Below, piece by piece: positions 10,228 through 20,176 of a stretch of 64,000 nucleotides of DNA. This DNA comes from an uncultured Candidatus Binatia bacterium (lineage in GTDB: Bacteria; Desulfobacterota; Binatia; Bin18), in contig OZ252051.1 of assembly GCA_965247985.1 (NCBI GenBank), positions 252,240 through 316,239 of the forward strand, in the 5' to 3' direction. Numbering within the stretch: the first letter of the stretch is position 1; each line of letters begins with the position of its first letter. The position numbers were made by a program, and so were the translations under genes. Under the pieces are notes generated by a model. That model was not told where the DNA came from and made no database searches. It was given only the letters and a program-made list of their open reading frames with translations.

Positions 10228-11718
10228 GAACACCCCCTCCGAGACAAGTCTTTGACGATCCGACAGGGCATTGGGCCTTTCTCACCCAAAGCTCTGATGA
10301 CGATTTCGAGGGTCAGCATTTCGACCGTAAAGAGGCTGGTCGGGCGGATGTTGATACAGCAAAGCTTAAGAAACAACTACAAGAAGTACGAGATGAGATA
10401 AAAGCGTCTATCTCGGCATTCGCCAACAGCAACATTGAGGGTGGGCTGCTCGTTCTTGGGATTGCCTCCGATGGAACCGTGAGCGGCATTGACCATCTAT
10501 CAGAAGAGCAAAAGAACAGTCTGACAGATTTTGCGACACTTCTGCATCATCAGGCAGCGGAACCTAAGCTGCATGAATACGTGGACACTGATGGCAACTC
10601 TAAGACTATCTGTCTAATCTTCGTTCCCTACGCAGATAAAGGCATTTGCCAAACACCAGAGCGGATGCCTAAAGCCTGGACCCGAAATGGCCCCCAAAAT
10701 GTCCCAATGACGCAGGAGGTCCGTGATCGAATCAGGTCTCGGAAGGGATTACTGGATTTTGAGAGCACTTTCTGCTGCCCATTCAACAATGAGGATGTCG
10801 CCAAGGATGTTTTGGGAGAATTCCGAAGAGTATTCCTTCCTACGTCAAACGGCGAGTTTACCGACGAGCGGCTGCTTTATGAAGCGGGAGCTATCGCTCA
10901 ACGCAATGGAGAGTATTGGTTTACACACGCCGGCCTGTTGTTCTTTGCATCAAATCCACAACGTGTCCTTCCTCAATCCCATATTCGCCTGCTTCGCCGT
11001 TTCTTCCGACCAATTCCAATAGCGGGGTCTGCCGACTCTTGATAGGTCGTTTACAGGTCCGCTGACGAAGCAGATTCGCGACGCTCGGACTTTCTTCCGG
11101 GAATCGGCGTTTTTCAAACGATACCAGAGGCGAAAAACCGGAGGCGGCTTTGTGGAGGAACAGGAGTTTCCGCCAACAGTGATTGATGAAGCCATCGTCA
11201 ATGCGATCACTCACCGTGATTACCGAACTGGTATCCCGATTGAATGTGAGTCGTACTCCGATGCCTTCCTGGTAAAGAACCCCGGTCGAATGCTGCAACG
11301 AGATAACGACCTACCAAACGAATTCTCGCTCTCCGATACGGTACTGAACTCGATGCCGAGAAACGCAAAATTGATCGAATGGCTCAAGCTGATGAAAGAC
11401 CCTGACGGCGTTATCTATCTCTCGACGACCGGCTACAACCCGTTTCGTCGGGCGCTGGGAACACCGAAACCGCTGGAAGTCTCGGCGTGGATCCATCGGC
11501 CAGAAGAATTACCGAGGGCGGAACTCGACCTTCGTGTTCTCGCGGTGCAAGTTCTAAACCTGACCAAGTTGAATTGGGCGTCTACAGATTCGTTCTGCGG
11601 AGAGCCTATTACTTTGAAGTACGCTGGAAACATTGCGTACTTGACCGCCGCATTTCTAAGACAATCCGAACCGTTCAACCTTCACCCTGTCCTGGAAAAA
11701 ACACCGTGGTTCATTTGA
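10224..11718 (+). pseudogene. Schlafen-like AlbA_2 + HATPase_c_4 (RecG-C-terminal-like) putative DNA-binding protein split by a +1 frameshift near 11036-11040
   Basis: 10224-11042 encodes the AlbA_2 domain (ISAFANSNIEGGLLVLGIASDGTVSGI). The frame starting at 11023 (RGLPTLDRSFTGPLTKQIRDARTFF...VIDEAIVNAITHRDY) carries HATPase_c_4. Deleting one T near 11037 joins them into one ORF of about 498 aa. Confidence 0.6.
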
Positions 11719-11766
11719 TTCCAATCACGATGCCCAGAAATTATCCTTCTGGGCGGCAAGCTCGGC

Positions 11767-12759
11767 TCAGCGCAGCTTGCCTTCAACAAAGGGGACTTCG
11801 TAGACTTTTTCATGGTTGATAGGTCCGTGCCCGAAATATCCCGCCTCACCAAATAACTCACCGTGGTCTGCGGTAATCGTAATATAGGTGTTTGGCGGCA
11901 CAACATCGAAGAGGCGTTCAAAAACGTCATCGAGGTAGCGCACAGCATTGACTTGTCGCCGGCGGAGGCGGTCGAGTTTGTCTTGATTGAAAAACCGAAC
12001 GCTTTCTTCTTCCGTTTCCGCTAACTGCCCGCCGACCACGGCTTCATCAAGATGCTTAAAGACGCCGTGGACGCCGTGAATCTTCGGCCATTCCTCGCTG
12101 GGCTCGCTGGGTAACGCGTACGGATAGTGAGTCTCTCCAACATTCAACAAATAAAACGACGGCCGGTCAGGAGAGAAAGATAACCGATCAACCATAGCAG
12201 CCATGTCGTTATGGGCTGGCATCAGGGTAAATGAGTCGAAATCCTTATTGAGCAGCGTGGCGGGGTTCAAAACGGGCAGGGAGACCATCGCATGCGTATG
12301 GTAGCCCAGCTTCCATTTTAAGAATGTGGGTAAAAAGAGCTGCGGCACCAGACTTTTGAACTCAATCCGTTCTGCGCCGAGGCGTTCTTGGTATTTGAAA
12401 AAATCCTGTTTGTAATACTCGGAAGCATAGACTTGCTGCGGACTGGAGTGGGGCAGTAGCCCCATCAGCAGGTTGTAATGAGACGGGGCTGTCCAGGACG
12501 CATAGCTCCACCGACGCTGTACCTCCCCCAGGGCACTGACCGTTCTCGGCCGTGCTTCCATAAAGGCATCATAGCGGCAGCTATCAAGGATCACGATGAG
12601 GTAATTATTCCTGCCCTGGGGGAGAGGAAGCTGCGGTGGCGCGGCGACTTGGGAGGGCGTAGCCAGCGGTATCTCAGCCGGCTGAGATACCGCCCCGGAC
12701 TCGCTCCGATTGAAGAGCCGCTTCAAAATACCCATACCTCCCCCTCGCCTACTCCTCAC
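11767..12759 (-). CDS. alkaline-phosphatase-superfamily (sulfatase/phosphodiesterase-like) hydrolase
   Basis: 330 aa with metal-site-like motifs LIVILDSCRYD and ITADHGE. Confidence 0.5.
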   Translation of the reverse strand: MRSRRGGGMGILKRLFNRSESGAVSQPAEIPLATPSQVAAPPQLPLPQGRNNYLIVILDSCRYDAFMEARPRTVSALGEVQRRWSYASWTAPSHYNLLMGLLPHSSPQQVYASEYYKQDFFKYQERLGAERIEFKSLVPQLFLPTFLKWKLGYHTHAMVSLPVLNPATLLNKDFDSFTLMPAHNDMAAMVDRLSFSPDRPSFYLLNVGETHYPYALPSEPSEEWPKIHGVHGVFKHLDEAVVGGQLAETEEESVRFFNQDKLDRLRRRQVNAVRYLDDVFERLFDVVPPNTYITITADHGELFGEAGYFGHGPINHEKVYEVPFVEGKLR

Positions 12760-12795
12760 TGGCGATCCTTACTTTTCAAGTGAAATCTCGACCGG

Positions 12796-13470
12796 CTACC
12801 GGGGTACCAGTTCAGATGAAAGAATATGTTCAGGGTTATGCCCCCCGGCGCGTAATAAGCGGGTCACTTCTGCCTCTGGTAAAGGCGTTGCTCCTCCGAG
12901 GAGGCGCGCCCGGAAGAGAATTTGGGCGGAGTGCTCAAGCATCTCCAGCTTTGAGTAGGCCTCTTGGAGAGTCACGCCTACCGTTACAGAGCCATGCCGC
13001 GCTAACATAATCGCGTCGAATTGGCGGATGAGGGGACAGATTGCCTCACCCGCCTGACGCGTCCCGGGCGTGACATACGGGACAGTCGGAATGGCGCCCA
13101 GAGCAGTCACAACTTCGGGCAGTGTACCGTCGGCAAGCGAGATGCCGGCTAAGGTACACGCAACCGCTGTTGTCGGATGGGCATGAATGACCGCCGCAAT
13201 ATCCGTCCGCTCTCGATACGCGGCAAGGTGGAGGGCGATTTCCGATGACGGCCAGCCCTCGTCACTCACCGGCTGCCCATCCAAATCGGTCTCAATCAAT
13301 TGCTCTGGGCGCAGAAAGCCTTTGTGCACGCCTCGGCAAGTGACCAGGACACGGTCCGACCCAAGGCGCGCGCTTACATTCCCTTCTGAAGACGCAATGA
13401 AGCCCTTGTGGTACATGGCGTGGCAGATATTAACGAGCTCAGTCGTTACAGCATGCAGGCTGGTATTCAT
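12796..13470 (-). CDS. class II aldolase/adducin family protein
   Basis: 224 aa with an AVIHAHP zinc-binding motif. Confidence 0.8.
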   Translation of the reverse strand: MNTSLHAVTTELVNICHAMYHKGFIASSEGNVSARLGSDRVLVTCRGVHKGFLRPEQLIETDLDGQPVSDEGWPSSEIALHLAAYRERTDIAAVIHAHPTTAVACTLAGISLADGTLPEVVTALGAIPTVPYVTPGTRQAGEAICPLIRQFDAIMLARHGSVTVGVTLQEAYSKLEMLEHSAQILFRARLLGGATPLPEAEVTRLLRAGGHNPEHILSSELVPR

Positions 13471-13740
13471 GGCTACTTAGGATACCAGAAGGGCCAGGGT
13501 CCGCCCCCCGGTATGGAGCTGTTGACTATGGCGTTGCATTCACCAGACTGTCGTAAATCTGTTCGGTCCTTTTTACAAGAGACTGAACAGAAAAATGTGT
13601 AGTGAGGCACGCTTTTGCTCGCCACCCCAGCTGCACTGCACGAGCCTGGGTGGTGGAATAAGTCGGTCCGGCTATTCAGGATTGATAGAATTCTGCTAGG
13701 CTGAACGAACAGCAGACAAGGAAGGTGAGGAGGTGCATAC

Positions 13741-14919
13741 GTGACTGCAGACCTTGATCTATTTCATCCCTCTGCAGAGCATCGTCTTTTACGCCAGACG
13801 GTTCGGGAGTTCGTCAAAAAACGGGTTGAACCGCAGGCCCTTGAGCACGACCGGCAGGAACGCTTCAACCTTACCCTCTTTCGCGAGCTTGGCGAGCTTG
13901 GTCTGCTGGGCATTACTGTGCCGGAACAGTATGGCGGCGCAGGCATGGATGCGGTGGCTGCCGTTATCGCGCATGAGGAACTGTCCGCCTCAGACCCTGG
14001 TTTCTGTCTGGCCTACCTGGCGCACGCCATGCTCCTAGTCAATAATTTCTGTCGCAATGCCAATGACGAACAGCGCCAGCGGTATTTACCGCCCCTCCTG
14101 TCCGGCGAATGGGTCGGAGGGATGTGTATGACTGAGCCCTCAGCCGGCACGGATGTGCTCGGTATGAAAACCCGGGCGGTCCGCCGTGGGGATACCTATG
14201 CCATTACCGGCCGCAAGATGTTCATTACCAATGGCGCTCTTGATGACACGACGTTAGGGGACATCTTTCTCGTCTATGCGCAAACAGAAAAGGGCCTGAG
14301 TTCGTTTGTTGTTGAGAAGGACTTTCCCGGATTTTCGCTTGGCCAACGGCTCCACGGCAAAACCGGCATGCGCGCCTCAATGACCGCCGAACTCGTCTTT
14401 GAAGACTGTCAGGTTCCGGTGGCAAATCGCCTGGGCAAAGAAGGCGATAGCGTGCTCCACATGATGCGCAACCTGGAGATCGAACGAGTCACGATTGGTG
14501 CCATGTCTACCGGCATCGCCGGTCGCTGCGTCGCAGATATGACCCGCTATGCGAGTGAGCGGACCGCCTATGGTCAACCGATTAATCATTTTGGTCAGAT
14601 TCAGCGTTACATCGCTGATTCCTATGCCCAATACATGGCTTCTCGGACCTATCTGTATCACACCGCGGGGAATATGGATCTTGATACACCCGGCCATCGA
14701 GTCGATTCGGATGGTGTCAAGCTTGTCGCCACGACAATGGCAAAAACCGTCGCTGACAACGCCATGCAGGTGTTAGGTGGCTATGGCTATTTTAACGAGT
14801 ATGTTGTTGAGCGCTTATGGCGAGATGCAAAATTGCTTGAGATTGGCGGCGGCACCCTGGAAGCGCATCAAAAGAATATCACCAAAGACTTGACTCGTCA
14901 TATGGACTTCATCCGCTAG
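13741..14919 (+). CDS. acyl-CoA dehydrogenase
   Basis: 392 aa with conserved ACAD N-terminal, middle and C-terminal regions (isovaleryl-CoA DH-like). Confidence 0.9.
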   Translation: MTADLDLFHPSAEHRLLRQTVREFVKKRVEPQALEHDRQERFNLTLFRELGELGLLGITVPEQYGGAGMDAVAAVIAHEELSASDPGFCLAYLAHAMLLVNNFCRNANDEQRQRYLPPLLSGEWVGGMCMTEPSAGTDVLGMKTRAVRRGDTYAITGRKMFITNGALDDTTLGDIFLVYAQTEKGLSSFVVEKDFPGFSLGQRLHGKTGMRASMTAELVFEDCQVPVANRLGKEGDSVLHMMRNLEIERVTIGAMSTGIAGRCVADMTRYASERTAYGQPINHFGQIQRYIADSYAQYMASRTYLYHTAGNMDLDTPGHRVDSDGVKLVATTMAKTVADNAMQVLGGYGYFNEYVVERLWRDAKLLEIGGGTLEAHQKNITKDLTRHMDFIR

Positions 14920-15142
14920 GGAGACAGGCATGCGCACCATATGGGACCGTATCATGATTGCCCTCATGGTTGGGGTGATTGGCTTTTGCTTGATGGAGAT
15001 CTGGAACGAAACCCCAGAGCTCCTCCGTTGTACTGTTGGCATAGGGGGAGCCGTGCTTGTGATTATCCTCAAACTGAACGCACTGCGGCGGGCACGGCAG
15101 GAAATACCCTCCAACCCGTGAGCGCTGCTCTCGCCATTCTCC

Positions 15143-15673
15143 ATGCGAAAAAGAATATCCAACGCTGGCCGACCTTCCAGCATTTTTCCGTCCGACGCGG
15201 GGCAGGGCTTTACCTTTATAGAACTGATCCTGGTCCTGGTCATTATCAGTATTGCCTTTGCCATTGTCGCTCCTGCTGTCGGGAATCGTCTTGGCGGTGG
15301 TGACCCCAAGCGGACGGCGGCGCAGTTATGGACCACACTGGCACTCTTACGCCTGCGGGCAATCACAGACGGCACAGAGCAGCGTCTCATCGTTGACCCG
15401 CAAGACAATCAGTATTGGCAAGAGTCCCTGCGTCACGCCGCGTCTCAGCGTGACAGTGTGGATATGCAGACAATTCCCTCGGGCGGAGGTGTCCTGTCAG
15501 CCACGAGTATGTGGGTGCGGGATGCGGGGGAAGTGGAGTTCCGCTTTTATCCAGATGGGACAAATTCCGGTGGTGCAATAGTCATAGAACAACGGCGGGG
15601 AGTGAACGTCACCGCGTATACCATCTCTCTCAATCCGCTGCTTGGGACAGCCAGCGTCCAATACGGTGAATAA
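15143..15673 (+). CDS. GspH-like type II secretion / type IV pilus minor pseudopilin
   Basis: Prepilin-type N-terminus GFTFIELILVLVIISIAFAIVAP. Confidence 0.7.
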   Translation: MRKRISNAGRPSSIFPSDAGQGFTFIELILVLVIISIAFAIVAPAVGNRLGGGDPKRTAAQLWTTLALLRLRAITDGTEQRLIVDPQDNQYWQESLRHAASQRDSVDMQTIPSGGGVLSATSMWVRDAGEVEFRFYPDGTNSGGAIVIEQRRGVNVTAYTISLNPLLGTASVQYGE

Positions 15674-15749
15674 TACGGAGACGGAGGCGGTCTGCACCAC
15701 AGAGCGTGCAGCGGCCATGCTGAGGGTTTCGCACGTCTTTCGGGCAGTC

Positions 15750-16250
15750 ATGAAAAAAACGGGCCAGCGCCATCAGATGCGCCACAGAACCGTGTCCGGA
15801 GACATCTGGAGGGAGGGGTTTACCCTCTTGGAGGTCATGGTCGCGATTTTTATCTTGGCGGTCGGCCTTGTGGCCGTTCTTGAACTCCTTGCCGGCAGTC
15901 TCCGTCTCACAGGCAAAGCGTCACACCGCACCCAGGTGGTCATCCATGCCCAGAACGTTATGGATGGGCTTTTTGCCCAGGGCTTCCTGGAAGACGGAGA
16001 GGAGAGTGGCGAGCTGCCACAGGGCTTTTTTTGGCGGGCTCACGTGCAAGAAATATTTCCAGATGAAATTGAGGCGGACGAGGCGGGAATTGAAGACCCC
16101 GCGCAGGACGGCCAGACATCTTCTTTTCATATCAAGGAGATCACGGTGAGCATAAGATGGGAGGAAGGGGAGAGCCGCCGCAGTTTCGATCTTCGCTCCA
16201 TGCGCGTCATGTACGACGACCCAACCAATAGCCTCGAAGAAGAGGAATAA
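15750..16250 (+). CDS. GspI-like minor pseudopilin
   Basis: N-terminus MKKTGQRHQ...GFTLLEVMVAIFILAVGLVAV. Start chosen at ATG 15750 rather than the track ORF start at 15642. Confidence 0.7.
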   Translation: MKKTGQRHQMRHRTVSGDIWREGFTLLEVMVAIFILAVGLVAVLELLAGSLRLTGKASHRTQVVIHAQNVMDGLFAQGFLEDGEESGELPQGFFWRAHVQEIFPDEIEADEAGIEDPAQDGQTSSFHIKEITVSIRWEEGESRRSFDLRSMRVMYDDPTNSLEEEE

Positions 16251-16255
16251 TAAGC

Positions 16256-16927
16256 GTGCGACCCGCCGGCGGCTTTACACTGCTTGAACTCCTTATCAGT
16301 CTGACGCTGATGAGTTTGGTCACCCTCGGCGTCTATAGCGCGCTCAGCTTTGGCGCAAACGCGATCGAACGCGGAGAGTCTCGGAGTATTGAGAACCAAC
16401 GTGTCCGGGCGGCTCTTTCACTGATTGTCCGCAAACTGAAGTCCGCCTACCCGCTCATGCTGCTGGTCGAGGGAAAGCGCGTTGTGTATTTTTTTGGTGA
16501 CGCAGAGGAACTCCGTTTCGTGGCCTCTGCCGACCGACCTGAAATCGGCGGTCTGGAGAAGATCTCATACTTCATCAAGGAAGAAGACGGCTCGCGCGGT
16601 CTGTGGATGCGTGTTTCAGCTCCCACCTTACCGGCAGATTTAGCCGAAGAGCGCGAAGGGAGTTTACGCTTGGAGACCGAGGTGCTGGCCGATGTTGATG
16701 AATTGGTCTGGGAGTATTTTGGGAAACAACAAACCGAGGAAGAAGAGTGGCATCAGAGTTGGAGCGGTGAAGAAGTACAGAAACTACCGCAAGCCATCCG
16801 GCTGGCGTGGCGCGCCCAGGTCGGCAATCTGCCAAACGAATGGCAGATCGAAGTACCGATTCATGTTCAGACTCCAATTGCGGGACTGCTTCGCACTCCC
16901 CAGAGCCGCCGCCGGACCCAGAGATAG
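16256..16927 (+). CDS. GspJ-like minor pseudopilin
   Basis: N-terminus GFTLLELLISLTLMSLVTLGV. Confidence 0.7.
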   Translation: MRPAGGFTLLELLISLTLMSLVTLGVYSALSFGANAIERGESRSIENQRVRAALSLIVRKLKSAYPLMLLVEGKRVVYFFGDAEELRFVASADRPEIGGLEKISYFIKEEDGSRGLWMRVSAPTLPADLAEEREGSLRLETEVLADVDELVWEYFGKQQTEEEEWHQSWSGEEVQKLPQAIRLAWRAQVGNLPNEWQIEVPIHVQTPIAGLLRTPQSRRRTQR

Positions 16928-16932
16928 ATACC

Positions 16933-17928
16933 ATGCGGAACGAGCGCGGCGTTGTCCTGCTTGTTGTCATGTGGGCCCTGGTGGTGCTCATGGTTGTTGC
17001 GATTGAGCTGGGCCGTACCGCCCGGGTGGAGGGGCTGAGTACTGATGTCTACCAACAGGAGGTCAAAACCTATTATTTAGCCCTAGCTGGACTGAACCGG
17101 GCACTGTATCAGCTCGTCCAGACGAGCCAGCAGGGCCGCACACGGGATACCCGAGACGATGACCGGCTCGGGCCGCGTGATCGGCTGAATTCTGATGAGG
17201 AAAACCAAGAGGAGTGCCCGGACCCCTGGCTGCTCGGCGACGGACAATGGAAAGATGAACCGTATGGCGAGGGCGGGTATCAGGTCCGCGTCAGTGACGA
17301 GAGCGGTAAAATCAATATCAACCAAGTGGATGAGATTATCTTGCGTCAAACCTTTACCAATCTGGACTTTGATCCGGACTTTGGGGATGCCCTGGCCGAT
17401 GCCATACTCGACTGGCGCGACCCGGATGCGTTAGAGCGGCTGAATGGGGTCGAGAGTGAGTACTACTTGGCGCAAAATATTGCCTATCCGGCAAAGGACG
17501 GACCGTTCGACACGATTGATGAGCTGCTGCTGATTCGTGACGTCACCCAGGAGCTGTTCTACAACACCCTCAATAACGTGTTCACGGTGTATGGGAATGC
17601 ACGAACCGGAAATATGGCCAATGTCCAAACGGCAAACGCCTTGGTGCTCCGGGCCGTACAGGGTATTGATGCGGAAACCGCTGATGAATTGGTCCAGCAA
17701 AGGCAAGAAACCTGCGGGCAAGATTTCCTAGACGCGACTGCTGCCCGGGGAGGTCTCCCCACGCTGGTCACGATAGAGAGCGTCGGCTATCTGCATACCG
17801 GACGTATCACCCGCCGGCTGGCCGGGGTTGTGCACCGCACGGGAGGCCAGTATCAGATGCTGCGCTGGCAAGATCGTCTCCCCTCACCAGCCCTCCCGCT
17901 CAGAAAAGACGCCTTTGAAGACGAGTGA
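16933..17928 (+). CDS. GspK-like minor pseudopilin
   Basis: N-terminus MRNERGVVLLVVMWALVVLMVVAIEL, typical of GspK. ATG at 16933 directly follows the gspJ stop. Confidence 0.7.
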   Translation: MRNERGVVLLVVMWALVVLMVVAIELGRTARVEGLSTDVYQQEVKTYYLALAGLNRALYQLVQTSQQGRTRDTRDDDRLGPRDRLNSDEENQEECPDPWLLGDGQWKDEPYGEGGYQVRVSDESGKININQVDEIILRQTFTNLDFDPDFGDALADAILDWRDPDALERLNGVESEYYLAQNIAYPAKDGPFDTIDELLLIRDVTQELFYNTLNNVFTVYGNARTGNMANVQTANALVLRAVQGIDAETADELVQQRQETCGQDFLDATAARGGLPTLVTIESVGYLHTGRITRRLAGVVHRTGGQYQMLRWQDRLPSPALPLRKDAFEDE

Positions 17929-17969
17929 AGGGGAGGGGTTCTGATCCGGCCCGTCGGATGACGCCCCTG

Positions 17970-17991
17970 GCTAATCCGATCTACGGGACTG
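17970..17991 (-). repeat. REP-like motif R0
   Basis: Minus-strand reading is cagtcccgtagatcggattagc. Confidence 0.7.
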
Positions 17992-17993
17992 TC

Positions 17994-18013
17994 ATTCCTG
18001 CGCAAGCAGGAAT
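17994..18013. repeat. hairpin attcctgc gcaa gcaggaat upstream of the GIY-YIG gene
   Basis: 8-bp perfect inverted repeat with a 4-nt loop. Confidence 0.6.
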
Positions 18014-18026
18014 CCAGGAGTCACCC

Positions 18027-18296
18027 ATGATCGAAAGACAGCCGACCGTGTATATCCTGGCAAGCCACCGCAATGGAACGCTCTATACGGGCGTCACGAG
18101 TCATCTGGTGGCACGAGTGTGGCAGCACAAAAACGACGCGGTTGAGGGGTTTACCAAAAAGTACGGCGTCCACACCTTAGTGTATTATGAAGTGTATGAA
18201 GATATGCTGTCGGCGATCAACAGAGAAAAGCAAATCAAGAAGTGGAAATGGCACTGGAAGCACTCCGCCCACCAAGGGCTGAGCAGCGGGATTTGA
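18027..18296 (+). CDS. GIY-YIG nuclease family protein
   Basis: MIERQPTVYILASHRNGTLYTGVTSHLVARVWQH shows the GIY-YIG motif. It is preceded by the 17994-18013 hairpin and by a REP-like motif. Confidence 0.7.
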   Translation: MIERQPTVYILASHRNGTLYTGVTSHLVARVWQHKNDAVEGFTKKYGVHTLVYYEVYEDMLSAINREKQIKKWKWHWKHSAHQGLSSGI

Positions 18297-18511
18297 CGCT
18301 GAGAATGTGGCATTTCGGAAACTCCATCTTGCGGGTTAACGGACTGACTATTTTGGAGTGAAATCGAGCTCCCATTGGGCCACGCGCTTGTGACTCGATC
18401 AGCACGAAGGCTATTGCCGATAAGACTCAAGTGTAGTCGTATTCGCGATGATGCTTTCCCAATTAAGCCGACACCTCGAAACACCAAGTTAAATTTTGTC
18501 GGGTCAGCGAC

Positions 18512-18770
18512 ATGCCAATCAGATCAATCACACTGTTGTTTCCGGTAATCGTCGGCTGTCTCATCTCCTCCTGCTCCCTGACACCAAATCGAATTCCCCC
18601 GGTTCTCGAAGCAGTTACGGAGTTACCCGACGAGTTTGCCGAAAGTGAAGTTGCCGGCTCATACGAGCCGCTGGAGTGGTGGAAGGCGTTCACCGACCCG
18701 GTTCTCGACCAGGTAATCGAAGCGGTGCTTGCCTCGAACTTCGACCTAGCCGAGGCGACCGTTGCATACC
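18512..18770 (+). pseudogene. N-terminal fragment (about 85 aa) of a NodT/OprM-family efflux outer-membrane lipoprotein
   Basis: Lipobox LISSCSL plus WWKAFTDPVLDQVIEAVLASNFDLAEA. Similarity is lost after about 85 aa. The segment is GC-rich. Confidence 0.5.
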
Positions 18771-18967
18771 TGGCCGCCGACCTCCGGCCCCAGGTACGAG
18801 CCCAGGTGCGGACATACCGCGTCGGCCACGCACACACGGCCTGCTTCGTCGCACCAGGCGACGATTTCCTCGCCCAGCCACGTCTTCTCGATCAGTTTCT
18901 CTCGCAGAATGGACTCGCGGCTTGTGACGAAATACCACCCCTCGGGGAACGCTGGCAACTCATCCAT
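18746..18967 (-). pseudogene. fragment of a Rieske [2Fe-2S] domain protein
   Basis: 73 aa (WYFVTSRESILREKL...VCPHLGSYLG) resembling a Rieske N-terminus including the first CxH box. The second box is absent. Confidence 0.35.
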
Positions 18968-19065
18968 GCTATTCTTTGTTAGAATACTTAATCAGAGATT
19001 CCTCTACAAGTCGCGTACAACAGTACAAGACAGTCTCACCCTTCTCTTTAGGAGGCCTTCTACGC

Positions 19066-19371
19066 ATGAGCGATCAAACCGCTGCGCAAAGCAAGAAGCC
19101 CTCCCCCCGCTCGGAGCACACCTCGACTGACCCGATCGAGGACATGCTGCGGGCCGCGCTCGCCCATCATCGGTCGGGCCGGCCGCAGGCTGCGGCGTCA
19201 CTCTGCCAGCAGATCCTGCGGCAGAACCCCGACCATGCCGACGCCCTACATCTACTCGGCGTGCTCCATGCCCAGGCGGGCCAGTTCGCGGCGGCATTGC
19301 CGCACCTCGTCAAGGCCACACGCCAGGCACCGTGCCACGCTGGCTTCCTGAATAATTACGCCTCCGGCTAA
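19066..19371 (+). pseudogene. N-terminal fragment of an alphaproteobacteria-like TPR-repeat protein
   Basis: AGGAGG 10 nt upstream of ATG 19066. MSDQTAAQSKK...QQILRQNPDHADALHLLGVLHAQAGQFAAALPHL shows TPR repeats. It is truncated after about 100 aa, at REP-like motif R1. Confidence 0.5.
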
Positions 19372-19388
19372 TCCGACCCACGATACTG
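19367..19388 (-). repeat. REP-like motif R1
   Basis: Minus-strand reading is cagtatcgtgggtcggattagc. Confidence 0.7.
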
Positions 19389-19414
19389 CACGCTCGAGGG
19401 CAGAGGAAAGCAGT

Positions 19415-19625
19415 ATTTTCACCAAACCCCGCTTTGGGACCGCCTATCGTGGATATACCGCCCATATCGTAACCAAAGACGAGATGGACGTCTGCATCTG
19501 AGCAGCATTTGGTCCCGGCTTGAAAGGGGTCTGCCTTAGCCGGGCAGCAGTGCCATTTTCACCAAACCCCGCTTTGGGACCGCCTATCGTGGATATACCG
19601 CCCATATCGTAACCAAAGACGAGAT
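19415..19625. repeat. imperfect tandem duplication, 71 identical bp repeated at about 140-bp spacing
   Basis: attttcaccaaaccccgctttgggaccgcctatcgtggatataccgcccatatcgtaaccaaagacgagat occurs at 19415-19485 and 19555-19625. Confidence 0.9.
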
Positions 19626-19959
19626 CGCCCGTATGAAGGGCGAAATCGCCCATCAGGATTCCCCCTTGCATAGGTGCCTTGAGTTTTGCGGACATCCGGA
19701 TGGCGGCGATCAGAAACGAGAGGCAGATGAGCGCCTCGGTCGCGAGGTACGCTCCGGTCTGGATTGCGGGGTTCGTAATGGCCCGCCAAGTGAGGCTTGA
19801 GCCGGAGAAGATGGTGTCCAGGGCGAGGACGTGCCGGACGAACGCCCAGTTGCTCTCGTAGTCGGTGAGGTTCCCGAGCGTGACCAGGAACACCCAGAGG
19901 GCGAGCCCTGCGGTGATCACAATCTTCGAGAGTCGGACGGCGACTGTCTCAGCGTTCAT
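19444..19959 (-). CDS. DUF2165-family small membrane protein with its C-terminus altered by a tandem duplication
   Basis: The N-terminal roughly 135 aa look like a DUF2165 membrane protein. The last roughly 37 codons read through the spacer and the first copy of the 140-bp duplication in a shifted frame. Confidence 0.5.
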   Translation of the reverse strand: MNAETVAVRLSKIVITAGLALWVFLVTLGNLTDYESNWAFVRHVLALDTIFSGSSLTWRAITNPAIQTGAYLATEALICLSFLIAAIRMSAKLKAPMQGGILMGDFALHTGDLVFGYDMGGISTIGGPKAGFGENGTAARLRQTPFKPGPNAAQMQTSISSLVTIWAVYPR

Positions 19960-20065
19960 TGCTGTCCTCCCTGGTGAGCTTGGAAGAGCCGGCCATTGGC
20001 GCTGGCCCGGCGATCCGGTGCCGTGGCGCTCATCTTACACGTTCGCCGGTTCAACCCCAGGTCCG

Positions 20066-20087
20066 CAGTCCCGCAGGTCGGATTAGC
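20066..20087 (+). repeat. REP-like motif R2
   Basis: cagtcccgcaggtcggattagc, flanked by the inverted repeat agtcccgcagg (20067-20077) / cctgcgggact (20102-20112). Confidence 0.7.
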
Positions 20088-20176
20088 GGAGCGTAGTCCG
20101 GCCTGCGGGACTGGCGAGTAACAGCGGAATGGCGTAGGGTAGACGCTCTCTTATCCGTTCTACCAAGGACACAGCG

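Noticed and set aside
18185-18487. 100-aa minus-strand ORF
   Set aside because: It overlaps the GIY-YIG gene and non-coding-looking sequence, and shows no domain.
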